DNA of 64,000 nucleotides. Origin: a virus (Duplodnaviria; Caudoviricetes). The notes under the pieces were generated by a model. The model saw only the letters and a list, made by a program, of their open reading frames with translations. It was not told the DNA's origin and ran no database searches. The stretch covers positions 1 through 64,000 of the IMG/VR virus record IMGVR_UViG_3300043120_000039; one strand, 5' to 3'. Of the stretch, positions 30,667 through 41,131 are shown piece by piece. How positions within the stretch are numbered: the first letter of the stretch is position 1; each line of letters opens with the position of its first letter. Made by a program: the position numbers and the translations under genes.

Positions 30667-31437
30667 ATGAAAGATAAAATCATAGAAAATAGAGTATATA
30701 AAACTAACAACTACGGGGACATCATAGTCATTAAATATTTCAATGCTAGAGATGTGTTAATAAGATTTATAGACACATCATACGAAAAACACGTCTCCGC
30801 GGTAGATATAAGAAGAGGTTCTATAAGAGATCCTTTTGCAAAAACAGTAGAGGGTGTTGGTTTTTCTGGTGTGGGTGAATATCTACAAGCTGTTAATGGT
30901 AAGCACTTACGAGTAAATATAATATGGAAAGCTATACTTTATAGGTGTTATAATAAAAATTCTTTAGAAAAGAATACTACTTATAAAGGTTGTACTGTAG
31001 ACGAAAAATGGCATAACTTCCAGAATTTTGCGAGGTGGTATTACAAGAATTATCCTTCAGATGGTAAGGTATATGAGTTGGATAAAGACCTTAAGGTTAT
31101 AGGTAATAAAATTTACTCGGAAAACACTTGCTTATTCATACCACACAATATAAACACTTTTATAACACAAAGATGTAATGCGTGGTCTCCTAACTTAATA
31201 GGAACATCTTATAAGGTAAATTACAAGAAGTACACAGCAAGATGTGGTAATCCTGTAACAGGAACACGTGAGCATATTGGGTATTTCAACACTGAAATAG
31301 AAGCCCATCTTGCATGGAGGAAACGTAAATCTGAAATAACATATGAATTAGCTATGCAACAGAAAAACCCTGACGTGAAGGATGCCTTGCTACGTTGGAA
31401 AGAAGCTCTTGATAGTAATGTAATCCACCCTTATTAG
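30667..31437 (+). CDS. HNH homing endonuclease with AP2-like C-terminus
   Basis: W..IL.RCY, Y.GC.V...W.NFQNF..W, LDKD, YS..TCLF.P and G.F.T..EAH.AW motifs. Confidence 0.8.
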   Translation: MKDKIIENRVYKTNNYGDIIVIKYFNARDVLIRFIDTSYEKHVSAVDIRRGSIRDPFAKTVEGVGFSGVGEYLQAVNGKHLRVNIIWKAILYRCYNKNSLEKNTTYKGCTVDEKWHNFQNFARWYYKNYPSDGKVYELDKDLKVIGNKIYSENTCLFIPHNINTFITQRCNAWSPNLIGTSYKVNYKKYTARCGNPVTGTREHIGYFNTEIEAHLAWRKRKSEITYELAMQQKNPDVKDALLRWKEALDSNVIHPY

Positions 31438-31449
31438 GGTGGTTTATTA

Positions 31450-31701
31450 TCACCAAGTCCTCGACCAGTCTACAATGAAACTCTTATAAACCTTTTCCTC
31501 TTGCACCCCTGCAGAAAGCTTTGCATATACAATGTTAACTGCTTCCAAGAAGTCCATGTTTGTGGAAAGCTTAGTAACTTCCTTTTGAAGTTCCTTGTCT
31601 GTGATCTCAAATCCATCTTTCTCAAGTTTACTTTTTGCTGTCAAAAGTACTAGATCTTTGTTCAAAGTTGCCATATAATTATCTCTATTGTTCATTGACA
31701 T
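31450..31701 (-). CDS. Hypothetical protein
   Basis: ORF after an extended -10 motif. Confidence 0.45.
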   Translation of the reverse strand: MSMNNRDNYMATLNKDLVLLTAKSKLEKDGFEITDKELQKEVTKLSTNMDFLEAVNIVYAKLSAGVQEEKVYKSFIVDWSRTW

Positions 31702-31793
31702 AAACTATTATAACACAAAATGTTCAAAAAGTGGTTGACTTGTTGAAAAATGTGTACTATTGTCTGGTTAACTTAAACGAAAGGAGATTTGAA

Positions 31794-32153
31794 ATGAAAA
31801 TTTGGAATGTTTATCACCACACAAAATTGAACAAATATGTTGCTGTCAAAGTAGGTTTCTCTTACACAGGTCTGCTGTTTGGAGTACTATGGTTCCTTTG
31901 GAATAAACTATGGCTTCTTGCAGGAGGTTATATCCTTGCAATGTTAGCACTTTCCTTTATGGAAGAACTTGGTCAACATACCGATGATGTTATGATTGCC
32001 TCATTCATAATTCAACTTGGAATTGCATTCTATGTTGCTTATAATGGAAACTCTTGGAAGATGGATAATCTTGAAAGTCGTGGATTTGACAAAGTAGGTG
32101 ATTCTATTGCTGCTAAAAATAAAGAACATGCAATTAGTAAAGTGGAGGGTTAA
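31794..32153 (+). CDS. DUF2628-like membrane protein
   Basis: VKVGFS..GL.FG..W.L...LW and GN.W....L..RG motifs. Confidence 0.65.
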   Translation: MKIWNVYHHTKLNKYVAVKVGFSYTGLLFGVLWFLWNKLWLLAGGYILAMLALSFMEELGQHTDDVMIASFIIQLGIAFYVAYNGNSWKMDNLESRGFDKVGDSIAAKNKEHAISKVEG

Positions 32154-32663
32154 AAATGAATAAACCAACTTGGATGCAAGGGTTGCTTGAAGCAGAAAAA
32201 CTTCATAAAGGTTATGGATTTTGTATTAAGGATCTGTATAATTACCTAAATCAAGAATCTAATCTTGTGTCAGATGATTATAAGTGGAATGAATGGCTTA
32301 ATGGTTTCCATGATTACATTTGCCATTTGAATAATTGTAAGAAGAAAGGAGTTGAATCATGATCGAATATATTCAAACACATTTTGGAGAAGGATTTGCT
32401 TCTGCAATGATTATGGGTGCAGTAGTATGCATCATGTTTGCAATCATTGAAACCCTTGTCAAAACTTTGATTCTTGGACAAAACATTCAATCTATTATGG
32501 ATCGTGCTGATAAGAATTGCTTCAAAGAGTTTTGGGTAAGCATTGTGGTGAGTACGGTTGTTGTGATGTTGATGGTTTAAGAAACTTGATAGATATTAAG
32601 TTATAGAGTATACACTCTTGACAAGTGTTCTTGTTTTCAGATACAATATATTAAGAGGTAGAT

Positions 32664-32867
32664 ATGATTAGAGAGAAACTTTGTTCTACTTTTAAGAACT
32701 ATAAGATTGAAAATAAATTGTCTTACTCTACTTTGCAACAGGTAACGGGTTTGGCAAGAAGTCAATTATTTCAGATCATGAATCACAATGGAGATGGGGT
32801 TAAAGTGGAGAGGATTGAGCAAGCAATCCATACATTAGGTCTTAACATTTATATGGAGATTAGTTAA
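32664..32867 (+). CDS. Small helix-turn-helix protein
   Basis: LSY..L...TGL.RSQL..I Cro/XRE-like pattern. Confidence 0.65.
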   Translation: MIREKLCSTFKNYKIENKLSYSTLQQVTGLARSQLFQIMNHNGDGVKVERIEQAIHTLGLNIYMEIS

Positions 32868-33002
32868 TGCGAGTAAATCTTAAACAAGATTCTATGGATA
32901 TTGTTATGCATATTGTAAGGAAGCATAAGCTTAAATTAGAGGATAGTTTTGAATTTATAGTCAATAATCCAGAAGAAATTGAAATCACGAGAGGTGAATT
33001 AT

Positions 33003-34643
33003 ATGGTAAAAAAGGTACAAAAATCTTCAAAGAAAAAGGTTAGTAATTTACCTTTTTATAAGACACCTTATAGTAGATTACCTAAGAAAACCAAAGACTT
33101 ACAAGATGTTGATGAGAAACTTTTATCTTGTTCAATAAGCTCTCTTACAAGGACACACTACATAGAGTCTTTAGATAGTGATATTTCTATTGTAGAGTAT
33201 AGTGATTGTATAGATAGTTTATATAGTTTGATTGATGGTTCATCTAGATGGGATCTTATGAGTAAATTCTTATTGGATATTGCTCAATTTAAGAAGTGTA
33301 TATGTTATATCTCTGTAAGAAAGGATTCTTTGAAGAGTGTTAGTATTATAGATACTGCTTTGTATCTGTCGTCTATGTTAAGGTTCTATTACAAGAATGT
33401 AGTTAACAAGGCGCGTATACATAGCAAACCGTTAGAAGACACTTGTTTATTCTTTGCTAAACACTTACATAGGATGATAAAGAATTCCAATATGGGTCTT
33501 ATGTATTATAGGTGGAAAGGTGTATATACAAAAGCCATTAAAGATGATAGAGATATTAAAGAATCTATGGTGCATCCTAATTTTAACTACCTAATGGACT
33601 TGGTTGATATGCTAGAGTATAACCGCATGGGTGTATCCTTTATTGGATTTAAGTATAAAGATAAAAGTTCTGAGTCTTCACTTTTCATACCTAAAGGAGA
33701 ACTACTTGCTCACCTGATTAGTGTTTGCAGAGATGAGCCTTATATCAAAGAAAATAATAAACCAAGGAATACCATTATAGTCAGAGATTCAGATAAGAAT
33801 ATCGTATCTATAGATTGTTTTGATAATTTAGAGGAGTTCATTGAAGTGAATGAAAATATTATGAATAAATTAAATGATACTATCAGTGAACATACTATAG
33901 ACATTGATGGTGTTGTTTTGGATGGGATATCTTTCTCTCGTATATTTATTGATTCAAGTTTCGACTTATGCGGTAGGCTATTTGATAGAGGTGAATGGAC
34001 TACACTACCAAAACCAAAGAGAAAATTGCTTAAAATTGATGGTGAGAAGACCTTGACCGCTGATATTAAAGCACTTCATCCTAGCTTATTATACAGGGAA
34101 GAGGGTATTATACTACCTGATGATTTTGATCCGTATCCAAAACTTAATATCACTATCGACACTAAGGATATAAATAAGTATTGTAAATACTATAATATTG
34201 AGAAATACAATCCTCTAAGGTCTGTAGCTAAAATTGCATTACTTGTTATGTTGAATTCTAAATCTAAACAAGACGCTATCAAAGCTCTTAGATACAAAAT
34301 GATTCAAGATTATCAAAAAGCAGGTACAAGCAAAGAAGACAGTATGGACTATGTTGGAGTACCTATGGCAGATGTTGAAGAAATCATAAACCAAGTTGAA
34401 TCCCATAACAAACCTATATCCCATCATTTCTATACAGGTGTTTCAAAAAGACTTATGAGAATTGACAGTGATATTATTGTAGAGACAGCTAGGTTGTTGT
34501 TAGATGATAATATTGTTTTGCTCCCATTGCATGATAGTATTACTGTTGCTGAAAGTAAAATCCACAAAGCTGTAGACTACTTTAGAAAAGGATATATTAA
34601 AGTTCTTGGTGATGATGTTAATTTTAGAGTTGAAGTAGAATAA
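33003..34643 (+). CDS. Minimal Pol-A/T7-RNAP-like palm-domain protein
   Basis: GRLF; motif A DIKALHP; motif B R..AK...L; motif C LHDS; no exonuclease domain visible. Confidence 0.6.
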   Translation: MVKKVQKSSKKKVSNLPFYKTPYSRLPKKTKDLQDVDEKLLSCSISSLTRTHYIESLDSDISIVEYSDCIDSLYSLIDGSSRWDLMSKFLLDIAQFKKCICYISVRKDSLKSVSIIDTALYLSSMLRFYYKNVVNKARIHSKPLEDTCLFFAKHLHRMIKNSNMGLMYYRWKGVYTKAIKDDRDIKESMVHPNFNYLMDLVDMLEYNRMGVSFIGFKYKDKSSESSLFIPKGELLAHLISVCRDEPYIKENNKPRNTIIVRDSDKNIVSIDCFDNLEEFIEVNENIMNKLNDTISEHTIDIDGVVLDGISFSRIFIDSSFDLCGRLFDRGEWTTLPKPKRKLLKIDGEKTLTADIKALHPSLLYREEGIILPDDFDPYPKLNITIDTKDINKYCKYYNIEKYNPLRSVAKIALLVMLNSKSKQDAIKALRYKMIQDYQKAGTSKEDSMDYVGVPMADVEEIINQVESHNKPISHHFYTGVSKRLMRIDSDIIVETARLLLDDNIVLLPLHDSITVAESKIHKAVDYFRKGYIKVLGDDVNFRVEVE

Positions 34644-35115
34644 CCCTTGACACACAACCCTGTTTGAGCTAAGATTCTTATCAACAAAGATTGCTTATGT
34701 TAAGCAGGGTTTTATTTTTATAGGAGGAATAATTATGATATACTTAATTTTAATTTTAGGTTTTATCTTATTTGCAGTAAGTTTAGCTTACATTGATAGG
34801 TATAATATTGCATTCTTCGGAGTACTTATTGCTACAATAGTTATAGCCTTAATAGGTAGCACTATACAGGCTCAATTAGAAAAAGAGTTTAGTGATAATT
34901 GTGTTGCCTCGAAAGGTTTGGTAATTGAAACAAGGCTTGGGGATTTAAGTTGCGTTGGCAAAGGATTAAAACATTAGGGTTGATAAGCAGAATAGCTCAA
35001 ATTAAAACTGAGACGCATTCTAAGACGTTTTAATCTGTAAGATGATGAATCGTATTAGGTGATGTTTAAGAGCTGTTAGGATTGATTACAGGTAGTATTT
35101 CAACTATTACCACAT

Positions 35116-35140
35116 AAACCTCTTCGGAGGTTTTTCTTTT
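35116..35140 (+). terminator. Intrinsic terminator
   Basis: AAACCTC-TTCG-GAGGTTT followed by a T run. Confidence 0.8.
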
Positions 35141-35171
35141 GCAAAATTACTCTCATGTAACATGGTTACAT

Positions 35172-35213
35172 TTGATATAGATCAAGATTGATCATCTGAA
35201 ACCCTGCGATAAT
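35172..35213 (+). promoter_or_regulatory. FNR box plus extended -10 (class II FNR promoter) for nrdDG
   Basis: TTGAT-ATAG-ATCAA at 35172-35185; TGcGATAAT at 35205-35213. Confidence 0.8.
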
Positions 35214-35242
35214 AGTTATACACACTAAATAAGGAGTATATT

Positions 35243-37330
35243 TTGAAAGTAATTAAACGTGATGGTATCGAACAAGATTTCAATACCAATAAAATCTTCA
35301 ATGCTGTGAAGAAAGCGTGTTCTAGTGTTGGGTATTCTGATTATGATTCACACAATATTGCAGATCAAATTACAACAAAGGTAGTATTTAAACTTACACA
35401 CGAACACAACTTAACTGTAGAACGTATACAAGATGTTGTAGAAAATACGTTAATGGTAAGTAAGCACAAAGATATTGCAAAACATTATATTAGATATCGT
35501 GCTGAACGAGATCGTATCAGGGAAGGTAAGCATAAAGTATTTTATGATATTGAGGAATTCCTCAATGGTAGTAATGAAGATGTCTCTAGAGAGAACTCTA
35601 ATAAAGATTCTAATCAAACTGTAACTCACAGAGACCTTATTGCTGGTATTGTTAGCAAACACTTAGCAAAAACATCTTACCCACAACATCTTATCGAACT
35701 TGAAGATAAGGGTGCAATTCATATACATGATAAAGATTACTTTATTAGTAAAGGGATTCATAATTGTGGAGTTTATGATTTTGAGTATATGTTGGCAAAT
35801 GGTGTAAAACTAGGAGATGTTGAGATTGAACAACCAAACTCAATTGGAACCGCAGCTAATGTTGCCTGTCAAATATTTAGTAAGATTTCAGGATCTTCCT
35901 ATGGTGGACAATCAATGCATGAATTTGACAAAGTGTTGCAACCTTATGCTGAGAAAAGTCTTAAGAAGATTAAACAAACACAAGAGAAATACGGACTACC
36001 TGACAGTTACGTAGAGGAATCTTTACGTAAAGAAATTTATGATGCTTGTCAGACATTTATATACCAAATTCAAACGGTTACGTCGTCTAATGGTCAGTCT
36101 GCATTTACAACAATAAGTTTATCTTTATCACAAGACACTCTTTGTAAGATGATCAAAGAGGAATATTTGAAATGTCATATAAATGGTATCGGTAAAGAAC
36201 ATAGAAGCCCTATTTTTCCTAAAGTTCTCTACTTTGTAGAGGAAGGTGTTAATCTTAATAAAGAAGACCCAAATCACGAAGAATTTATTCTAGCTTTAGA
36301 ATGTTCCGCAAAACATATGTACCCTGATTTTGTCATGGCGCCCAATAATAGAAAAATGACAGGAAATTCAGAGAACGTAATTACAGCGATGGGCTGCAGA
36401 AGTTTTGTTGGTAAATATACAGAAGATGGTAAAGAGAAAGTGTCAGGAAGATTTAACCTTGGAGTAACCACTGTCTCATTACCTTATGCTGCCTTAAAAG
36501 CTGATGGTGATAAGGATAAGTTCTTTGATGAATTGTCATTTTTATGTGACAAAGCTTTTGAAGCAAATATGTTTCGTATAGAGAGAATGAAAGGAACTAA
36601 AGCTAAAGTAAGTCCTATCTTATGGCAATATGGAGCATTAGCTACTCTTAAAGCAGAAGATACTATTGACCACTTATTCTATAATGGTAATGCAACTTGT
36701 AGTATTGGCTATGGTGGTTTATATGAAGCACAAGAGATCCTTAATGATATGACGAAACATTTTGGCATGAAGGTGATTGAGTTTTTAAAAGATAAAACAA
36801 AAGAATATACTAAAAAGACAAATATTGCTTTTAGTCTGTATGGTAGCCCTTTAGAGAACGGTTGTTATACTATTGCAAACAAGCTTAAATCTGAGTTCCC
36901 TGAGTGGAAATTTGACAGAGATTTTATTACCAACTCTTTTCACCAACCTGTGTTTAAAAATTTAAATATTGTTGACAAGTTTGATGAAGAAAGTGACTAT
37001 TATTTATTAGCATCAGGTGGCAATGTGAATAATATTGAGTTGCCTAGTATGATAAATAATATCGAAGGATTTGAGTCTGTAGTTAAAGCAGCATATGATA
37101 AAGTCAACTATCTCATCTGTAATCAACCTGTAGATAAATGCTTTGAATGTGGTTATCGTGGAGAGTTTGATGCAAACGAGGATGGATATTTCTGTCCAGA
37201 GTGTGGTAATAATAACCCAGAAACTGCTGAATGTATAAAGCGCATCTCTGGGTATACCCACTCAGCTTTAGCACGTCCAGCTAATAAGGGTAAGTTTGAT
37301 GAACAGAAGTGTCGAGTTAAGAATGTATGA
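35243..37330 (+). CDS. nrdD: Anaerobic (class III) ribonucleotide reductase
   Basis: ATP cone VIKRDG, IHIHD, HNC, YGGQS, MGCRS, C..C...C..C and RISGY glycyl-radical motif. Confidence 0.97.
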   Translation: MKVIKRDGIEQDFNTNKIFNAVKKACSSVGYSDYDSHNIADQITTKVVFKLTHEHNLTVERIQDVVENTLMVSKHKDIAKHYIRYRAERDRIREGKHKVFYDIEEFLNGSNEDVSRENSNKDSNQTVTHRDLIAGIVSKHLAKTSYPQHLIELEDKGAIHIHDKDYFISKGIHNCGVYDFEYMLANGVKLGDVEIEQPNSIGTAANVACQIFSKISGSSYGGQSMHEFDKVLQPYAEKSLKKIKQTQEKYGLPDSYVEESLRKEIYDACQTFIYQIQTVTSSNGQSAFTTISLSLSQDTLCKMIKEEYLKCHINGIGKEHRSPIFPKVLYFVEEGVNLNKEDPNHEEFILALECSAKHMYPDFVMAPNNRKMTGNSENVITAMGCRSFVGKYTEDGKEKVSGRFNLGVTTVSLPYAALKADGDKDKFFDELSFLCDKAFEANMFRIERMKGTKAKVSPILWQYGALATLKAEDTIDHLFYNGNATCSIGYGGLYEAQEILNDMTKHFGMKVIEFLKDKTKEYTKKTNIAFSLYGSPLENGCYTIANKLKSEFPEWKFDRDFITNSFHQPVFKNLNIVDKFDEESDYYLLASGGNVNNIELPSMINNIEGFESVVKAAYDKVNYLICNQPVDKCFECGYRGEFDANEDGYFCPECGNNNPETAECIKRISGYTHSALARPANKGKFDEQKCRVKNV

Positions 37331-37818
37331 AATATATAGATTACTCAAAATTTGATACACAGAATGGTACTGGTGCTAGATGTGTCATTTGGGTGTCAAG
37401 GTGTTCACACGGATGTGAAGGTTGTTTTAATAAAAACTCATGGGGTAATGTTGGTAATATAATTACACGAGAATTCAAAGATCAAATATTACAAGACTTA
37501 TCTCAACCTTATATAAAAGGATTAACTTGGTCAGGTGGAGACCCTTTACATAAAAGTAATTTAGAAGAAGTATTAATTTTCTCTAGAGAAGTTAAAACTC
37601 TTTTACCAAATAAAGATATTTGGCTATGGACAGGCTATACTCTTGAAGAAATTCAAAATGATTTATTACGTAGTCAAATTTTGGATGTGATAGATGTGTT
37701 GGTTGATGGGAAATATATTCAATCACTAAGAGATACATCTTTAAAATGGAGAGGTTCTAGTAATCAACACATATGGAAAAATATAAAAGGAGATTGGGTA
37801 GTTCATGAGGACAACTGA
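37327..37818 (+). CDS. nrdG: NrdD activating radical-SAM enzyme
   Basis: C.H.C.GC, SGGDPL, LVDGKY and WRGSSNQ motifs. Confidence 0.97.
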   Translation: MKYIDYSKFDTQNGTGARCVIWVSRCSHGCEGCFNKNSWGNVGNIITREFKDQILQDLSQPYIKGLTWSGGDPLHKSNLEEVLIFSREVKTLLPNKDIWLWTGYTLEEIQNDLLRSQILDVIDVLVDGKYIQSLRDTSLKWRGSSNQHIWKNIKGDWVVHEDN

Positions 37819-37989
37819 CAAATTCATCGTAAAAGTCAACATCTCTGGTCAGATTATGTATTGGACCTTAAATGGCTCTGTAACGAGCAGAGAGAAGGCT
37901 TACATTTTTGATGAACAATCTATGCCTGAGATGTTTAAATCTTCTCTGAGAGCTTCCTACGTTGAAATAGAGTATATTTAGATAAGAAG

Positions 37990-38014
37990 AAGCCCACTCA
38001 AATGAGTGGGCTTT
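37990..38014. terminator. Bidirectional terminator
   Basis: AAGCCCACTCA-AA-TGAGTGGGCTT between convergent genes. Confidence 0.85.
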
Positions 38015-38017
38015 AGT

Positions 38018-38911
38018 TTATACGATCAATCCACCACCATTGCGGTCTATATCGCCTTCGTACCATTCTAATCGAGCACTAATTTCTTGTGCACTACGAG
38101 AATAAAATACAAGAAGATATGAAGTATTCGGTGCTAGTATACGATTTGATGCAAAAGATTGAGTTGTTGAACCAGAGGTTTGATTATTAACAGGTCCAAT
38201 TGCATAAATAGGAGCACCGAAAGGAGTTCCCCATGCAGCAGGAGCATTGGTTCCATTATTGGTTGGAATTTGTGTAGGGTTGGTGATAGTTATCCCTGTC
38301 AAAAGCTGTATACCTGATGCAACAGGGTTGATATCGGTCATATTATATACAGTGTCTGGAGTACCACCTGTATAAGTTGGGTTCTTGTAAATATAACCAA
38401 TCAAACCTAAATCTGTATATGCAAACTCTCGACGTTTTAAATCAACGGGTTTATCTCCAGTAACAATAACAGAATAATAATATGTTGCGTTTGTTGCATT
38501 AACTAAACGAGAAGCTTCCCACTGCACACCAGCCTTCTTATTGCTTTCATCATAAGATTGCACTGTTAAAGCTGCACCACCAGATTGGACTCGTGGGTCA
38601 GTTTCGCCAAAATCGGTAAATGGGTAAGTTGTTTGTACATATAATCTTCCTTTTACATTAGAGGAAGATTTTACCCATATTTCTTTTGCAGTAGCTAATA
38701 CCACTGTACGAGACAAACATTCATCTCCAGAATCCTGAAGAACTTTACCTAAATTTAAAGACGCATCTGGTTTTGTGTCAGATTCTTGTAACAAAAGAGG
38801 GGTACTTCCTTGGTTTATTAAGGTAAACTTTTCACCAATGGTAACACCACTTATGCTATTTACACTAACCCAATCATTATTGGATATTGATTCCATAATA
38901 TATAACATCAT
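38018..38911 (-). CDS. Putative virion structural protein
   Basis: Beta-rich ORF at the end of the head operon. Confidence 0.5.
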   Translation of the reverse strand: MMLYIMESISNNDWVSVNSISGVTIGEKFTLINQGSTPLLLQESDTKPDASLNLGKVLQDSGDECLSRTVVLATAKEIWVKSSSNVKGRLYVQTTYPFTDFGETDPRVQSGGAALTVQSYDESNKKAGVQWEASRLVNATNATYYYSVIVTGDKPVDLKRREFAYTDLGLIGYIYKNPTYTGGTPDTVYNMTDINPVASGIQLLTGITITNPTQIPTNNGTNAPAAWGTPFGAPIYAIGPVNNQTSGSTTQSFASNRILAPNTSYLLVFYSRSAQEISARLEWYEGDIDRNGGGLIV

Positions 38912-39081
38912 TTTCCTCTATATAAAATAAAACCCAACTTCCTTGATAAAGAAAATTTGGTGTATTGTTAGAACCATTATCCAGATAATAATTCATATCA
39001 AATTGTAGCCAGAAAAGGCGAGGAAGACACTCTGGAATGTCGTTCAAGGCGGTAGCTACTCCAACCTCTATCCTCTAAATC

Positions 39082-39591
39082 CTAACAATCTTCATCAACA
39101 GAGTTGATATTAGTCAAACTTCTATAACGTTTACGTCTAGGGCTGTATGGAGACCTCTCAGAATATTGACTAAATCTGTTAGTATCTCGTCTTACACGAG
39201 AAACTTCATCCTTACGTACACCACCAAGAATAATAGGTGAAACAGAACTCTTAGTGAATTCAACACGACATTGAGGTAATGATTCCCAAGGATTCTTTAC
39301 AAATTCATCCCTAGCACTTTCCCAATCTGAACTCTTGTCAACTTTATCGTGTTCAATTTCTACAGAACCTTCTCTTTCACGAATCTTACCTCCACCCGTA
39401 TTATCCGCAGCAGAAGATTTAATCAACCAAGAATAAAGAGATAAAATTGTATTATACATCACTTGACAATCATTGTCTGGATATGTATCCTGCCACAATA
39501 GAATGTAAGCTTCTACAGTTGTTTGTGGGAGAGTTTCTGATGTCAACCCCATAGCAAGATAAATAGCAGAAACCAGCTCTTCTAGTGTCAT
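39082..39591 (-). CDS. Head-tail adaptor
   Basis: Follows the capsid gene; REREG.VE and GGV motifs. Confidence 0.6.
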   Translation of the reverse strand: MTLEELVSAIYLAMGLTSETLPQTTVEAYILLWQDTYPDNDCQVMYNTILSLYSWLIKSSAADNTGGGKIREREGSVEIEHDKVDKSSDWESARDEFVKNPWESLPQCRVEFTKSSVSPIILGGVRKDEVSRVRRDTNRFSQYSERSPYSPRRKRYRSLTNINSVDEDC

Positions 39592-39602
39592 TTTCTACCT
39601 CC

Positions 39603-39640
39603 AAAAACAAAAGAACCTCCTCCAAATAGGAGGAGGCTTC
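39603..39640 (-). terminator. Terminator after the major capsid gene
   Basis: CCTCCTCC/GGAGGAGG stem with U tract on -. Confidence 0.75.
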
Positions 39641-39658
39641 ATATTATTCAACTAATTA

Positions 39659-40708
39659 TTAAGTTAGTTGGATGATTGCTTCTGGTTTAGTAGCGAAGTA
39701 CAGTTTCTTAGATTGAATTTCAAGAGTATGAGATTCATCATCTTGAGAAGTACGTTCAAATGCAAACATTTCTTGACCACCTTGGTTAGCCAGAGACAGT
39801 TTGTTTGCAGGACCGAAGTAACCACGAAGAAGGTCACGACCAGCACGTGGAACAGCAATACCTTGACCTGTACCAAGAACAGTAACTTCTGAACCGTCTG
39901 CTTCTAGGAAAGTTGGGTTGTAAGCAATGAAGCGTACACCACGATGTTCGAAGAAGTCAGTCACACCCCAAGAGTAGTATGCACTCAGGTCATCACGAAG
40001 AAGTTGTTTACCAGAGTTTTGGTACATGTTGTAAACTTCACGGAATTTAGGGTTAGCGATAATCTCATCAAACAGAGCGTAATCTAGGTAGAAGTCAATA
40101 CCTTGTACTGGAGTACCAGCCTTGATACCACTTGCAATTTTACGCTTAACTTCTGCAATCTTACCATCTAGGTCAACAGAAGTATTACCAGTATCTAGGT
40201 CAACAGTAAAGTCAGCAGCCTTATTCAGACCGTATACACCGTACATGTCAGTTTGACCAGCAACAGCACCAGTAGGAAGGTCACCCTTCATTGCTTTATA
40301 ACGTAGGTACTCATCACGTTGGTCATGTGCAAGACGTAGATCTTCAAGTTTGGTAGCACGAACGTTAGCAAGAGTTTCTGACATATCAGGAGAACCCGGC
40401 ATACGTTGAGATTGAATATCATATACATCGATATAATCCATCTCTTTGTAGAATTTCAGAAGCATTGCAATTTGCTCAACTTCACGGTCTTTACCAACAC
40501 CATGAGTTTTAGCTTGAGCAGAACCTTCTGACATCATGTTGATGCTGTTCTTAACACGGTCAAAGATGATAGAATCTTGAGAAGTTGCTTGAGTAGCAAA
40601 CATACCACCCATTGAGCGAATGAAACCAAACTGGTTGTCAATTACTCGTACTTCGTTGGTCCAATCAATAATACCATTGATGTTGCTTGGATCATGTGTA
40701 ATAGCCAT
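39659..40708 (-). CDS. Major capsid protein (lambda E-like)
   Basis: 349 aa; E..R..A.KG and FGPANK motifs; strong codon bias; position. Confidence 0.9.
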   Translation of the reverse strand: MAITHDPSNINGIIDWTNEVRVIDNQFGFIRSMGGMFATQATSQDSIIFDRVKNSINMMSEGSAQAKTHGVGKDREVEQIAMLLKFYKEMDYIDVYDIQSQRMPGSPDMSETLANVRATKLEDLRLAHDQRDEYLRYKAMKGDLPTGAVAGQTDMYGVYGLNKAADFTVDLDTGNTSVDLDGKIAEVKRKIASGIKAGTPVQGIDFYLDYALFDEIIANPKFREVYNMYQNSGKQLLRDDLSAYYSWGVTDFFEHRGVRFIAYNPTFLEADGSEVTVLGTGQGIAVPRAGRDLLRGYFGPANKLSLANQGGQEMFAFERTSQDDESHTLEIQSKKLYFATKPEAIIQLT

Positions 40709-40729
40709 TTTAAATTATCTCCTCAAAGA

Positions 40730-41113
40730 TTACAGTACTTGAATGCCAAGAGCTTCTAGAGCTGCAATAGCGGTTGATGGGTTAGCAACATCAGCATTGT
40801 AAGATAGAGAGTCACCACGAACTTGAGCTGGTCCTTTAACCAGAACAGCAAGAGTAAAATCACCACCAACAGTTGTGTCATCATTAACACGAGTATCAAT
40901 GAGAACTGCATCTGCATCTGCTTGCGTTAGATTAGCAACAAGAGTGTACTTACCAGAAACAGAAGTAGATTCTAGTACTGCACCAATTTCCAAACCACCT
41001 GCTGGAACTGTAACAGTAACTTCACGACGGCAGTAACCAGTTGATGGAACATATTCATGTTTAAGAACTTCACCTACTTTAGTAGGACGAGTATCAATAA
41101 CACCAGTAGCCAT
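40730..41113 (-). CDS. Head decoration protein
   Basis: GYCR.EVTV and ALEALGI motifs, upstream of the capsid gene. Confidence 0.75.
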   Translation of the reverse strand: MATGVIDTRPTKVGEVLKHEYVPSTGYCRREVTVTVPAGGLEIGAVLESTSVSGKYTLVANLTQADADAVLIDTRVNDDTTVGGDFTLAVLVKGPAQVRGDSLSYNADVANPSTAIAALEALGIQVL

Positions 41114-41131
41114 TATTTAATTCCTCTTAAA

